Positions 42,101 through 53,969 of a stretch of DNA of 64,000 bases are shown here, one piece after another. Under the pieces are notes generated by a model. The model was given only the letters and a program-made list of their open reading frames with translations, made no database searches and was not told the origin of the DNA. The stretch covers positions 1,344,001 through 1,408,000 of the forward strand of contig CAWGMQ010000005.1 of the NCBI GenBank assembly GCA_963823665.1. Reading direction: 5' to 3'. Made by a program: the position numbers and the translations under genes. This stretch comes from an uncultured Planctomycetota bacterium. Its GTDB lineage: Bacteria; Planctomycetota; Planctomycetia; Isosphaerales; Isosphaeraceae. How positions within the stretch are numbered: the stretch's first letter is position 1; the number at the start of each line of letters is the position of its first letter.

Positions 42101-44319
42101 CCACGATGGAGCTTGGCGTCGACATCGCCGAGCTCAACGTCGTCAGTCTGCGCAATATCCCTCCCACCCCCGCTAACTACGCGCAGCGCAGCGGCCGCGC
42201 CGGACGCAGCGGACAGCCCGCCCTCGTGTTTTCCTACTGCGCCACCGGCAGCCCGCACGATCAGTATTTCTTCAAACGCCCCGCGCTCATGGTTGCCGGT
42301 GCCGTCACACCGCCCCGGATGGATCTCGCCAATGAAGACCTCATCCGCGCGCACGTCCACGCGATCTGGCTGGCGGAAACGCACCAGAAACTGGGAAGCA
42401 CGCTCAAGGATATCCTCGAGCTGAGCAAGCACCCCGAGCTCCCGTTGCTCGAATCCGTCCGCGCAAGCCTTGACAGCGCGTCCGCCCGCCAGCGAGCATT
42501 TTCACGGGCCGGCAAGGTACTCGCCACGCTCGCAGAAGAGCTTCGAGGCTCGGACTGGTTTACCGAAAGCTGGCTCGCCGATGCGATCAACCAGTCCTTG
42601 AATCGCTTCGATGCAGCCTGCGATCGCTGGCGCGGGCTCTACCGTTCCGCCATGGCCCAGCGCGAGCTGCAGAACCGCATCATCGGCGACGCTTCGCGCA
42701 GGTCATCGGACAAGGACCGAGCCAGGCTCCTGCGCAACGAGGCCGAATCGCAGCTCGAGCTGCTGACCGAGGCAACCAATATCGCCCAGGCCGATTTCTA
42801 CAGCTATCGCTACTTCGCGAGCGAGGGCTTTCTGCCCGGCTACAACTTCCCGCGGCTCCCGCTCTCTGCTTATATCCCCGCGCGCCGCGCGCGGCAAACG
42901 CGTGACGAATTCGTGTCGAGGCCCCGCTTCCTCGCAATCTCGGAATTCGGCCCTCGATCCATCCTCTATCATGAAGGCTCGCGCTATCAGATCAACCGCG
43001 TGATCCTGCCGGTCGAGGAAACCGAAAGCCTCTTGACCGAGCAGATCAAGCTGTGCCCCCAGTGCGGTTATCTCCACCCGATGCCAGGCCAGACCGGCCC
43101 CGATGTCTGCGACCGCTGCGGCAAGGAGCTTGGCACCGCGATGCAAGAGCTGTTCCGCTTGCAAAACGTGTCGACGAAGCGCCGTGAGCGCATCAACTGC
43201 GACGAGGAAGAGAGGCTTCGTCTCGGCTACGAGATCCAGACCGCCGTTCGGTTCAGCGAGCAGGGCGGTCGACCCTGCTACCGAACCGCCGAGGTCGTTC
43301 ACGATGGCGAGCAGGTCGCGTCCCTTGCCTACGGCCAGGCAGCAACCCTCTGGCGAATCAACCTTGGCGAGAACCGCCGCAGCAACAAAGCGCAGCACGG
43401 GTTCGTGCTCGACATCGAGCGCGGCTACTGGGCGCGGAGCGATCAGCTCGTCGACGAAGACGAGGACACCGATCCGCTCACCCCGCGGACCGCGCGTGTC
43501 ATCCCCTACGTCGAGGACCGGCGCAACGCGCTGCTCGTCGAATTTCACGAGCACCACGACGATGGCGTCGTCGCCTCCCTTCAAGCCGCCCTCAAGAACG
43601 CCATCCAGGTGCAATTTCAGCTCGAAGACGGCGAGCTCGCAGTCGAGCCGCTGCCCACGCGCGACAAGCGCCGGTTGATCCTCATCTACGAGTCGGCCGA
43701 AGGCGGCGCCGGTGTTCTGCGCAGGCTCGTCGAAGACCCACAGGCGCTGCCGGCAGTCGCGCGTGAGGCACTGAGGATCTGCCATTTTGACCCCGAAACC
43801 GGCAAGGATCTTCGCCGCGGCCGCGGAGCCCGTGAGGACTGCGAGGCCGCGTGCTACGACTGCCTCATGAGCTACCGGAACCAGCCCGACCACGCGCTGC
43901 TCGACCGCCAGTTGATCCAGCCTGTGCTGACCCTCCTCTCCCGCTCCCATGTTGCCTCCGCCCCTGCTCAATCTTCCCGTTCGGAGCACCTCGAAAAACT
44001 CATGCGCCTGGCCGGCTCAGACCTCGAGCGAGCCTGGCTTCGCTTCCTCGAAGCGCGCGAGCACCGGCTGCCCACCGGCGCCCAGGAGTTGATCGCCCAG
44101 GCCGGCACGCGGCCCGATTTCGTGTACACAGGCCATTACGCCGCGATCTACATCGACGGTCCCATCCATCAGTACGCGGACAGGCACAATCGCGATCTCG
44201 AGCAAACCGAGCGGCTCGAAGACTTGAGCTTTACCGTCATCCGGTTCACGCATCAAGACGACTGGGCGCGCATCATCGCCCGCTATCCCAGCGTCTTCGG
44301 CGCGGGGAGGCCGGGATGA
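39134..44319 (+). CDS. Giant YprA-like DEAD/DEAH helicase with DUF1998 and C-terminal Vsr/DUF559-like nuclease domain (3 frameshifts)
   Basis: [94 protein letters not shown]; frame changes near 39550, 39970, 41650. Confidence 0.9.
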
Positions 44320-47149
44320 GCTTTGCCGTCGGCTCGCTGGTCAAAGCACGCGACCGCGAATGGGTCGTACTCCCCGAATCGACCGACGACCTGCTCGTGC
44401 TTCGCCCGCTGGGCGGCACCGAGGACGAGACAACCGGGATCTACCTGCCGCTCGAGCGCGTCGAGCCCGCCCGATTCAACCTGCCTGATCCCACCAGCGT
44501 CGGCGACTTCGCTTCCTGCCGGCTGCTGCGCGACGCCGTCCGGCTGGGCTTCCGCTCGAGCGCCGGGCCGTTTCGCTCGTTCGCCCAGATCGCCGTCGAG
44601 CCCCGCCCTTACCAGTTGGTGCCTCTCCTGATGGCGCTCAAGCTCGACCCGGTGCGCCTCCTGATCGCCGACGACGTTGGTATCGGCAAGACCGTCGAGG
44701 CATGCCTCATCGCCCGCGAGCTGCTCGACCGCGGCGAAGCCCGAAACCTCGCTGTCCTCTGCCCGCCTCACCTCGCCGAGCAATGGCAGGGCGAGCTGCG
44801 CACCAAGTTCAACATCCCCGCCGAGCTGCTCCTGGCCAGCACCGTCACACGGCTCGAGCGCGACCTGCGCCTGGGCGAATCACTCTTTGACCACTACCCG
44901 CACCTCATCGTTTCAACCGACCTGATCAAGTCAGACCGAAGACGCAGCGATTTCCTCCGCGGATGCCCCGAGCTTGTGATCGTCGACGAAGCACACACCT
45001 GCGCATCACAGGGCGCCGGCTCATCCGGCCGGCACCTGAGGAACCAGCTCCTCCAGGGGCTCGCGCGCGACGGTGATCGCCACTTGATCCTCGTCACCGC
45101 CACGCCGCACAGCGGCAAGGAAGAGGCGTTCCGCTCGCTCCTGGCCCTGCTCAAGCCCGAGTTTGCCGCCTTGCCGGACGACCTGAGCGGTAAGGATGGA
45201 GAGCACGAGCGCCGCGTGCTGGCGCAGCATTTCATCCAGCGCCGGCGCGGCGACATCCGCCGCTATCTCGACGCCGACACACCATTTCCCGATCGTGCCG
45301 AATCCGAATCGACTTACAAGCTCTCCCCCGAATTTAAACGTCTGTTCGACCGCGTTCTCACCCTGCGCGCGAGTCCGTGCAGGACGAACAAGGCGGCCTG
45401 CGCGTCCGCCAGCGCGTGCGCTGGTGGTCGGCTCTGGCCCTGCTTCGTTCGATGGCCTCGAGCCCTGCCGCCGCAACCGCGGCCCTGCGCAGCCGGGCCG
45501 CCGTCGCGAGCGCCGAAACCGCGGAGGACGTCGACGAGATCGGCCGCCGCACCGTCTTCGACCTGGAAGAAGACGAGGGCACCGAGACGCTCGACGTCGC
45601 CCCCGGCGCAGACCCCACCGAACCGGATGCCGCCGGCGGCGACGAATCGCTCCACCGCCGCCTGCTCGATCTGGCTCGCGACGCCGATGCCCTCCGCGGC
45701 GACGGCGACGAGAAACTCCTGAAAGCCGTGAAGCTGGTCAAGGAGCTGCTGCGAGACGGCTTTCGTCCCATCGTCTTCTGCCGGTTCATCGCCACGGCTG
45801 ACTATGTGGCGGCCGAGCTTCGCAGCCGCTTACCCCGGGGCGTCGAAGTGATCTCGGTCACAAGCGAGCTTCCACCCGTCGATCGCGAACATCGCGTCGT
45901 CGAGCTCGCCGCGGCGCCGAAGCGAGTTCTGGTCTGCACCGACTGTTTGAGCGAAGGCATCAACCTGCAAGAGCACTTCGACGCCGTGATCCACTACGAC
46001 CTGGCGTGGAACCCCACCCGCCACGAGCAGCGTGAGGGCCGAGTCGACCGCTTTGCCCAGCCCAGCAAGATTGTGCGCGTCGTCACTTACTACGGTCTCG
46101 ACAACCAGATCGACGGCCTGGTGCTCGACGTCCTGATCCGCAGGCACAAGGCGATTCGTAGCTCTCTGGGTGTGTCCGTCCCGGTGCCAGCCAATACAAA
46201 CCAGGTGATCGAGGCGGTCATCGAGGGCCTGCTCCTGCGCGGCAAGAGAGTTTCAACTGAGCACCAGGGCCTGCTGCCGTTGGGCGACCTCGAGGCTCAA
46301 ACGGAGGCCCTTTCCACCGAATGGCAGGCGGCCGCCGATCGCGAAAAGCGGTCGCGCACCATGTTCGCGCAAGAGACGATCAAGCCCGATGAAGTCTTGC
46401 CCGAGCTACGCGCCGTCCAGGCGGCGATCGGCTCCAGCGTGGACGTCGCCCGGTTCATGCGCGACGCCATCCGGGTTAACCGCGGGGTCGTTTCCGAGGG
46501 CGACAATGGAACAACCCGCATGGACCTTGCCGAAGCGCCCGCGCTCTCCGCGAGCGGATTGATGCGCCGGGAAACATCCTGACCGCCCGATTCGAGCTGC
46601 CGGTCAAAGACGGAGTCGCCTACTTGAACCGCACCCACCCGGCGGTCGAGGCGGTCGCGGCTTACGTGATGGATAGCGCGCTCGACTCGCTCTCCGAAAG
46701 CGCCTCGCGCCGCGCCGGGGTTGCACGCACCAGCCAGGTGTCGCGCCGGACGACCCTTCTGCTGGTGCGCTTCCGCTATCACATCGTCACGCGACAAGAG
46801 GAGAACGAGACCGCCCTGCTCGCCGAGGATTGCCAGATCATCGCCTTCGCCGGCTCGCCGCAGAACGCCCAGTGGCTCGAAGACGAGCAATGTGCCGCCG
46901 CTCCTGGACGCGAGGCCGGAAGGCAACGTATCGCCGGAGCAGGCGTCTGACTTCATTCGCAAGGTCGTCGAGGGCTTTGACGCCGTCGCGCCGCACCTGA
47001 ACGACGTGGCAATCCGCCGCGGCAATGAATTACTCGACTCACACCGCCGCGTTCGCCAGGCTTCGCGCCGAAAAGGAATCAGCCAAAGAGTGGAGCCCAA
47101 GCTCCCACCCGACGTGCTTGGAATCTTCGTGTTCTTACCAAAACTCTAA
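44316..47149 (+). CDS. SNF2-family helicase, DrmD-like (3 frameshifts)
   Basis: [50 protein letters not shown] overlap with the helicase; frame changes near 45365, 46550, 46900. Confidence 0.9.
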
Positions 47150-47170
47150 GAGAACGCCCATGGCGAGCCC

Positions 47171-48983
47171 AAGCCCCGCAAGCGGCGACATCATACAGCC
47201 CGCCGTGCAAACGCCGGGACGCGGTCAACCCATGCCATCCCAGCCCCGATAGGGGCGAAATCATACAGCCCGGCGTGTCAACGCCGGGAGGAGACCACCG
47301 CCGCACAAAAAACCCAAGCCCCGCAAGGGGCGACAACATACAGCCCGGCGTGTCAACGCCGGGAAGAGACCACCGCCGCACAAAAAACCCAAGCCCCGCA
47401 AGGGGCGAAATCACACAGCCCGACGTGTCAACGCCGGGAGGAGACCACCGCCACACAAAAAACCCAATCCCCGCAAGGGGCGACATCATATAGCCCGGCG
47501 TGTCAGCGCCGGGAGGAGACCACCGCCACACAAAAAACCCAAGCCCCGCAAGGGGGCGACATCATACAGCCCGGCGTGTCAACGCCGGGAAGAGACCACC
47601 AACACACAAAAAACCCGAGCCCCGAAAGGGGCGAAATCATACAGCCCGGCGTGTCAACGCCGGGAGGAGACCACCGCCGCAGAAAAAGACCCAAGCCCCG
47701 CAAGGGGCGAAATCATACAGCCCGGCGTGTCAACGCCGGGAGGAGACCACCGCCACAAAAAAAAACCAAGCCCCGCAAGGGGCGAAATCATACAGCCCGG
47801 CGTGTCAACGCCGGGAGGAGACCACCAACACACAAAAAACCCGAGCCCCGAAAGGGGCGAAATCATACAGCCCGGCGTGTCAACGCCGGGAGGAGACCAC
47901 CAACACACAAAAAACCCAAGCCCCGCAAGGGGCGAAATCATACAGCCCGGCGTGTCAACGCCGGGAGGAGACCACCGCCACAAAAAAAACCAAGCCCCGC
48001 AAGGGGCGAAATCATACAGCCCGGCGTGTCAACGCCGGGAGGAGACCACCAACACACAAAAAACCCGAGCCCCGAAAGGGGCGACATCATACAGCCCGGC
48101 GTGTCAACGCCGGGAGGAGACCACCGCCACACAAAAAACCCAAGCCCCGCAAGGGGCGAAATCATACAGCCCGGCGTGTCAACGCCGGGAGGAGACCACC
48201 GCCGCACAAAAAACCCAAGCCCCGCAAGGGGCGAAATCATGTAGCCCGGCGTGTCAACGCCGGGAGGAGACCACCGCCACAAAAAAAACCAAGCCCCGCA
48301 AGGGGCGAAATCATACAGCCCGGCGTGTCAACGCCGGGAGGAGACCACCAACACACAAAAAACCCGAGCCCCGAAAGGGGCGACATCATACAGCCCGACG
48401 TGCAAACGCCGGGGAAAACCGCGACCACCCCAAACAACCCGAGCCCCGCAAGGGGCGACATCATAAAGCCCGGCGTGTCAACGCCGGGAAAAACCGCGAC
48501 TCCCCCAATCAACCCGAGCCCCGCAAGGGGCGACATCATACAGCCCGGCGTGTCAACGCCGGGAAAAGATCGACCAACCCAATCCACCCGAGCCCCGCAA
48601 GGGGCGACATCATAAAGCCCGGCGTGTCAACGCCGGGGAAAACCGCGACTGCCCCAATCAACCCAAGCCCCGCAAGGGGCGACATCATACAGCCCGGCGT
48701 GTCAACGCCGGGAGGAGACCACCAACACACACAAAACCTGAGCCCCGAAAGGGGCGACATCATACAGCCCGACGTGCAAACGCCGGGGAAGACCGCGACC
48801 ACCCCAAACAACCCGAGCCCCGTAAGGGGCGACATCATAAAGCCTGGCGTGTCAACGCCGGGGAAAACCGCGACTGCCCCAATCAACCCGAGCCCTGCAA
48901 GGGGCGACATCATAAAGCCCGGCGTGTCAACGCCGGGAAAAGATCGACCAACCCAATCCACCCGAGCCCCGCAAGGGGCGACA
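47171..48983 (+). repeat. Tandem array of 24 complete plus 1 partial ~75-bp double-hairpin (REP-like) units
   Basis: Core AGCCCC-GCAA-GGGGCGA(A/C)ATCATACAG-CCCGGCGT-GTCA-ACGCCGGG plus a ~25-nt A/C-rich linker; units start at 47171, 47241, 47316 ... 48890, 48964. Confidence 0.95.
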
Positions 48984-49025
48984 CCTCCAACCCCGGCTTT
49001 CCAACCCCCACGGAACTCCCCCCCG

Positions 49026-49478
49026 ATGGCTTCCACCCTGACCAACCTGCTCTACCACATCGTCTTCAGCACCAAAGACCGCGAACCCCTCATCCGCCCC
49101 GCCTTCCGCGACAATCTCGAAAAATACATCGCCGGCATCATCCGCAACGAGGGCGGCATCCTCCTCGGCATCGGCGGCATGCCCGACCACACGCACTTGA
49201 TCACCAAATTCAAACCCGACCGATCGATCTCCGACATGGTACGCCTCATCAAGGCCAACTCGTCCAAATGGGTCAACGAAAACCACGGCGACCCCGGCCG
49301 ATTCGCCTGGCAATCAGGCTATGGAGCTTTCTCCGTGAGCCAATCACAATTGGAGGCACTCAAAGCCTACGTCTCAAACCAGGAGTCTCACCACCGCACA
49401 CGATCATTCCAGGACGAATTCCGCGATTTCCTGACCAAACACGAGATCACATTCGATGAACAATACGTTTGGGGTTAG
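49026..49478 (+). mobile_element. tnpA: IS200/IS605-family Y1 HUH transposase (REP-associated, RAYT-like)
   Basis: 150 aa; LYHIVFSTK, DHTHL (HUH), IKANSSKW, FAWQSGYGAFSVS, catalytic Tyr in YVSNQESHH; no tnpB follows. Confidence 0.93.
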
Positions 49479-49534
49479 CCGGGAGAAAGGAACCTGATCG
49501 AACACATGGGGCGATCCGCGTCCCCGCCCATACG

Positions 49535-49648
49535 ATGTCGCCCCGTCGGGGCTCCGCTCCTGTCATTCGATTTCTGTACCCCCCGGCGCTCACGCCTCGA
49601 ACTCGGGGCTCACGCCCAGAGCTAGATGATCCTGCCCCGATAGGGCTC
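49535..49648 (-). repeat. Inverted degenerate copies of the array unit
   Basis: Reverse strand AGCCCCGACGGGGCGACAT (49535-49553) and AGCCCTATCGGGGCAGGATCATCTAGC..GGCGTGAGCGCCGGGG. Confidence 0.75.
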
Positions 49649-49677
49649 CTTTTCACGTAGGCCCTGAGACCACCCGC

Positions 49678-52600
49678 ATGCAATCCCGCCGGCGCGACCT
49701 CTTCACAACCGTGCGATCCGAGGGCGCGATCCTCCCGGCCGACCTGCTCGCGCGCGTGGTCGCGAGGGATTCGGGCCTCGACGGATTGACGCCCGCCGCC
49801 TATCACCTCGTCGAGGGTGAGAAGCTGAACGAAGCAATCAATCGCTCCTGGAATCGCCTCGTTGGCGTCTGGGCGAGTTTTCGATCCGTGGTCGCCAAGG
49901 CCCCGCCGGGCGATCCCGCCACAGCCGCCACGCGCGAGAAATGGCTGCTGCCGCTATTCCAGGAGCTTGGTTATGGGCGATTGGTCCCCGCCAAGCCGGT
50001 TGAGATCGACGGCAAGAGCTACACGATTTCGCACACCTGGCAGCACGCGCTGATCCATCTCGTCGGGTTCAACGTCGAGCTCGGCCGCCGCCTCGCTGGT
50101 GCCCCAGGAGCAAATCGTACGAGCCCGCACAGCCTGGTCCAGGAGCTGCTCAACGACTCTGACGACCATCTCTGGGGCTTTGTCTCCAACGGCCGCGCCC
50201 TGCGCATCCTCCGCGATAACGCAAGTCTCACGCGCCAGGCCTTTGTTGAATTCGACCTCGAGGCGATGATGTCAGGCGAGGTCTTCGCCGATTTCGCGTT
50301 GCTCTGGCTGCTCTGCCATCAGTCGCGTGTCGAGGCCGAGCGTCCGGCTGACTGCCAGCTCGAGCGGTGGTCCAAAACCGCTCAGGATCAGGGCACTCGC
50401 GCCCTTGACGACCTGCGCGACGGTGTGGCAACGGCGATCGCCGTGCTGGGGCGGGGTTTTCTCTCCCACGTTCGCAATGCTGACCTTCGCGACAAGCTGC
50501 GCTCCGGCGTGTTACCTGCCCAGAACTATTACCGCCAGCTCCTGCGCCTCGTTTACCGCCTGCTCTTCCTCTTCGTGGCAGAAGACCGCGAGCTACTTCT
50601 CGATCCCACCGCCGACCCCGCCGCCCGCGAGCGTTTTGAAAAATACTACGCCACGGATCGCCTTCGGCGGCTTGCTGAGCGCCGGCGCAGCTCGCAGCAT
50701 GTTGATCTCTATCGCGTGTTGTCTCTCGTCATGGAGAAGCTGGGCAACGATGCAGGCTGCCCGGCCCTGGCCCTGCCCGCGCTCGGCAGCTTCCTGTGGT
50801 CGCCTGAAGCGATCGTCGACCTCGCCGGCTGCGACCTGACGAATGCAGACTTGCTCGAGGCCATTCGAGCGTTAGCCTTCACGATCGACGGCAAGACGCG
50901 GCGCGCCGTCGACTACAAGAACCTTGGCTCCGAGGAGCTAGGCAGTGTCTATGAATCCTTGCTGGAGTTGCACCCCGAGCTGAACACGACGGCCGGCACC
51001 TTCGAGCTGCGCACGGCGGCGGGCAACCAGCGGAAGACCACCGGCAGCTATTACACCCCCGCGAGTCTCGTTGCCTGCCTTCTCGATTCCGCCCTCGACC
51101 CGGTGCTCGCCGAGGCAGCGAATCAGCCGAATGCCGAAGCATCGATCCTGAAGCTGAAGGTTTGCGATCCAGCCTGCGGCAGCGGCCACTTCCTGATCGC
51201 CGCGGCGCACCGGATCGCCAAGAAGCTCGCCGCGGTGCGCACCGGCGATGAAGAGCCCGCGCCCGAAGACGTGCGCAAAGCCCTCCGCGACGTCATCGGC
51301 CAGAGTATCTACGGCGTGGACATCAACCCCGACGCGGTTGAGCTTTGCAAAGTCGCCCTCTGGATGGAAGCCCTGGTCCCCGGCAAGCCCCTGTCGTTCC
51401 TGGACCACCACATTCAATGCGGCAACAGTCTATTGGGCGCAACCCCGCGCTCCTGAAGCGCGGCATCCCCGACAGTGCTTTCGAGCCAATCGAGGGCGAC
51501 GACAAATCCGCCTGCCGTGACTATCGAAAGCAGAATAAAGACGAGCGCACCGGCGGCCTGATGATGTTCGACCTGTTTGCGAAATCCGAGATCATCCGCC
51601 TTTCAAACGTCCGCCCCGCCCTCGCGCGAATCGAAGCGCTCGGTGACGACTCGATCGAGAGCATCCACGCCAAGGAACAGGCATACCGTGAGCTCAAGGA
51701 GTCAACCGCCTACGAGTTTGCCCGCCAGCTCGCAGACGCCTGGTGCGCCGCTTTCGTGATTCCGAAGGTCATCGTGCCGCCGTTGCAGCCAAGAATCACC
51801 CTCACCGAATCAACCTTTCGCAAGCTGGAAAATAATCCAAACGTCGTGCCCCGTGAGGTGAAGGAGGAAATCGCCAGGCTGGCCGCTCGCTACGGCTTCT
51901 TTCACTGGCACCTTGCATTCCTGAGTGTGTTTCAGGCCAAGCCGGGCTCGGAAATCGGCGAGGAAGAAGTCGCTCGGTTGGGATGGCGGGTTTGACGTCG
52001 TGCTCGGCAACCCGCCGTGGGAGCGCATCAAGATCCAGGAGCAGGAGTGGTTCGCGCAGCGCCGGCCGGATATTGCCAAAGCGGCCAATGCCGCCGCCCG
52101 CCGAAAGATGATTGCGCAGCTCGCAGACGAGGACGCAGCGCTCTACCGGGCTTTCCAGGACGATCGTCGCGTGGCGGAGGGCGAGAGCCACATCGCCCGC
52201 AATTCCGGCCGATTCCCGCTCTGTGGACATGGCGACGTAAACACGTACACGCTATTCGCCGAGCTGAACCGGCAGCTAATTGGCGGGAGCGCGCGGCTTG
52301 GGTGCATCGTGCCTTCCGGTATCGCCAGCGACGACACAACAAAGCTTTTCTTCCAGGACCTCATCACAACGCGATCCCTCGTCAGCCTGTACAGCTTCGA
52401 GAACGAGGAGTTTCTGTTCCCCGGCGTCCATCACTCCACGAAATTCTGCCTCCTGACGCTGTCGGGTCCCGAGCGACCACAGTCCGAATCAGACTTCGTT
52501 TACTTCGCACGTCGCACCGAACACCTACGCGAGCCCGATCGCCACTTCTCCCTCACCGTCGACGAAATCCGCCTCATGAACCCCAATACCGGCACCTGCC

Positions 52601-53709
52601 CGATCTTCCGGTCGAAGCGCGACGCCGAGATCAACAAAGCGATCTACCGCAGCATGCCCGTTCTGTTCCGCGAGGAAGACCCCGCGGGAAACCCATGGGG
52701 GATCAGCTTCCTGCGAATGCTCGACATGGCCAACGACTCCGGACTCTTCCGCACGCAGGAGCAATTGAAAACGGAGGGCTGGACGCTGAAAGGCAACGTC
52801 TTCCACCGCGGCGATGAGACCTACCTCCCGCTCTACGAAGCAAAAATGGTCCACCACTTCGATCATCGCTTCGGAACATACGAAAGCCAGACCGAATCCC
52901 AGGCCAACCAGGGCAAGCTCCCCGAACTAGACGAGGCCCAGCACGCCGACCCCGACCGCGTCAGCCTACCGTGGTACTGGGTACCGGTTGAAAAAGCAAA
53001 TGATCGATTGCAGGAGAAGTGGGACCGAGACTGGCTTCTGGGCTGGAGAGACGTGTGCCGGAACACGGACACTCGAACGCTGATTGCTAGCTTTATCCCG
53101 AAGGCGGGAGTCGGTGACAAGTTCCTCCTGATGTTTCCGAACGCCGCCAAACCCCGTGAAGCGTCCTGCCTCCTCGCAAACCTCAACTCCTTAGTTCTGG
53201 ACTACTGCGCTCGGCAAAAGATCGGCGGGACCGCGCTTAAGTACTTCATCATACGCCAGCTCCCGGTGCTTCCGCCGTCGATGTACCGGAGCGAGGCGCA
53301 CGAATCATTCGCACCGAACTTGGCAGAATGGTTTGCCCGCCGCGCGCTCGAACTGACCTACACCGCCTGGGACCTCGCCCCCTTCGCCACCGACTCCGGC
53401 CACGACGGCCCGCCGTTCCGCTGGGACAACGCCCGCCGCTTTCTGCTCCGTTGCGAGCTTGACGCCGCCTTCTTCCACCTCTACGGCATCAACCGCGACG
53501 ACGCGGCCTACATCCTCGACACGTTCCCCGTCGTCCGGAAGAAGGACGAGACCGCGCACGGCGAATACCGAACAAAGCGGGTCATACTCGAAATCTACGA
53601 CAAACTAGCCGAAGCATCGCGCACCGGCGTCCCCTACCAGACACTCCTCGACCCACCCCCCGCCGACTTCCGCGTAGCACATTCGCCGCGCGGGCCTGGG
53701 TCACCATAA
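49678..53709 (+). CDS. Eco57I-like / DrmMI-like N6-adenine DNA methyltransferase (2 frameshifts)
   Basis: [20 protein letters not shown] (motif I), GNPPW (motif IV), [11 protein letters not shown]-like C-terminus; frame changes near 51450 and 51970. Confidence 0.92.
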
Positions 53710-53969
53710 TCGAAGCGAAGCACACTCCCCGCCTGTTTGCGTGGGTGCCTGTTCTCGCTGCACGATCCTGACGCCAACCTCGCCGTCGTTCGGCCGAAAA
53801 AACCGTATCCCTTCAATTCCCTCAGGTCCTGACTGGAACGGGCGCGATCGTGTTCGGAGGTTCGATGTGCGCTCGCGATTTGGTCTTTAGGTTAGCGCCC
53901 TAATCTGACTCCTTCAACAAAAGGTGTGGGGAACAGCCAGACCCGCGCGGCCGGGTTCGAGCTCTCGGC

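Noticed and set aside
42703..43989. 428-aa minus-strand ORF
   Set aside because: Antisense to the helicase, with no recognisable motifs.
47147..47165. Target-site duplication around the array-tnpA block
   Set aside because: GAGAACGCCCATG and GAGACCACCCGCATG (before 49680) are only loosely similar, and Y1 transposases do not normally create TSDs.
47171..48983. CRISPR array
   Set aside because: Linkers are reused and related to each other rather than unique spacers, the core has two hairpins, and the neighbour is a Y1 transposase with no cas genes in the window.
47079..49045. Long ORFs across the array, including a 583-aa array-TnpA fusion
   Set aside because: They arise from a stop-poor repeat open in several frames; transposase similarity starts at ATG 49026.
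39134..53709. Canonical DISARM or BREX call
   Set aside because: No separate drmA/drmB, no PLD drmC, and no pglZ/brxC seen.
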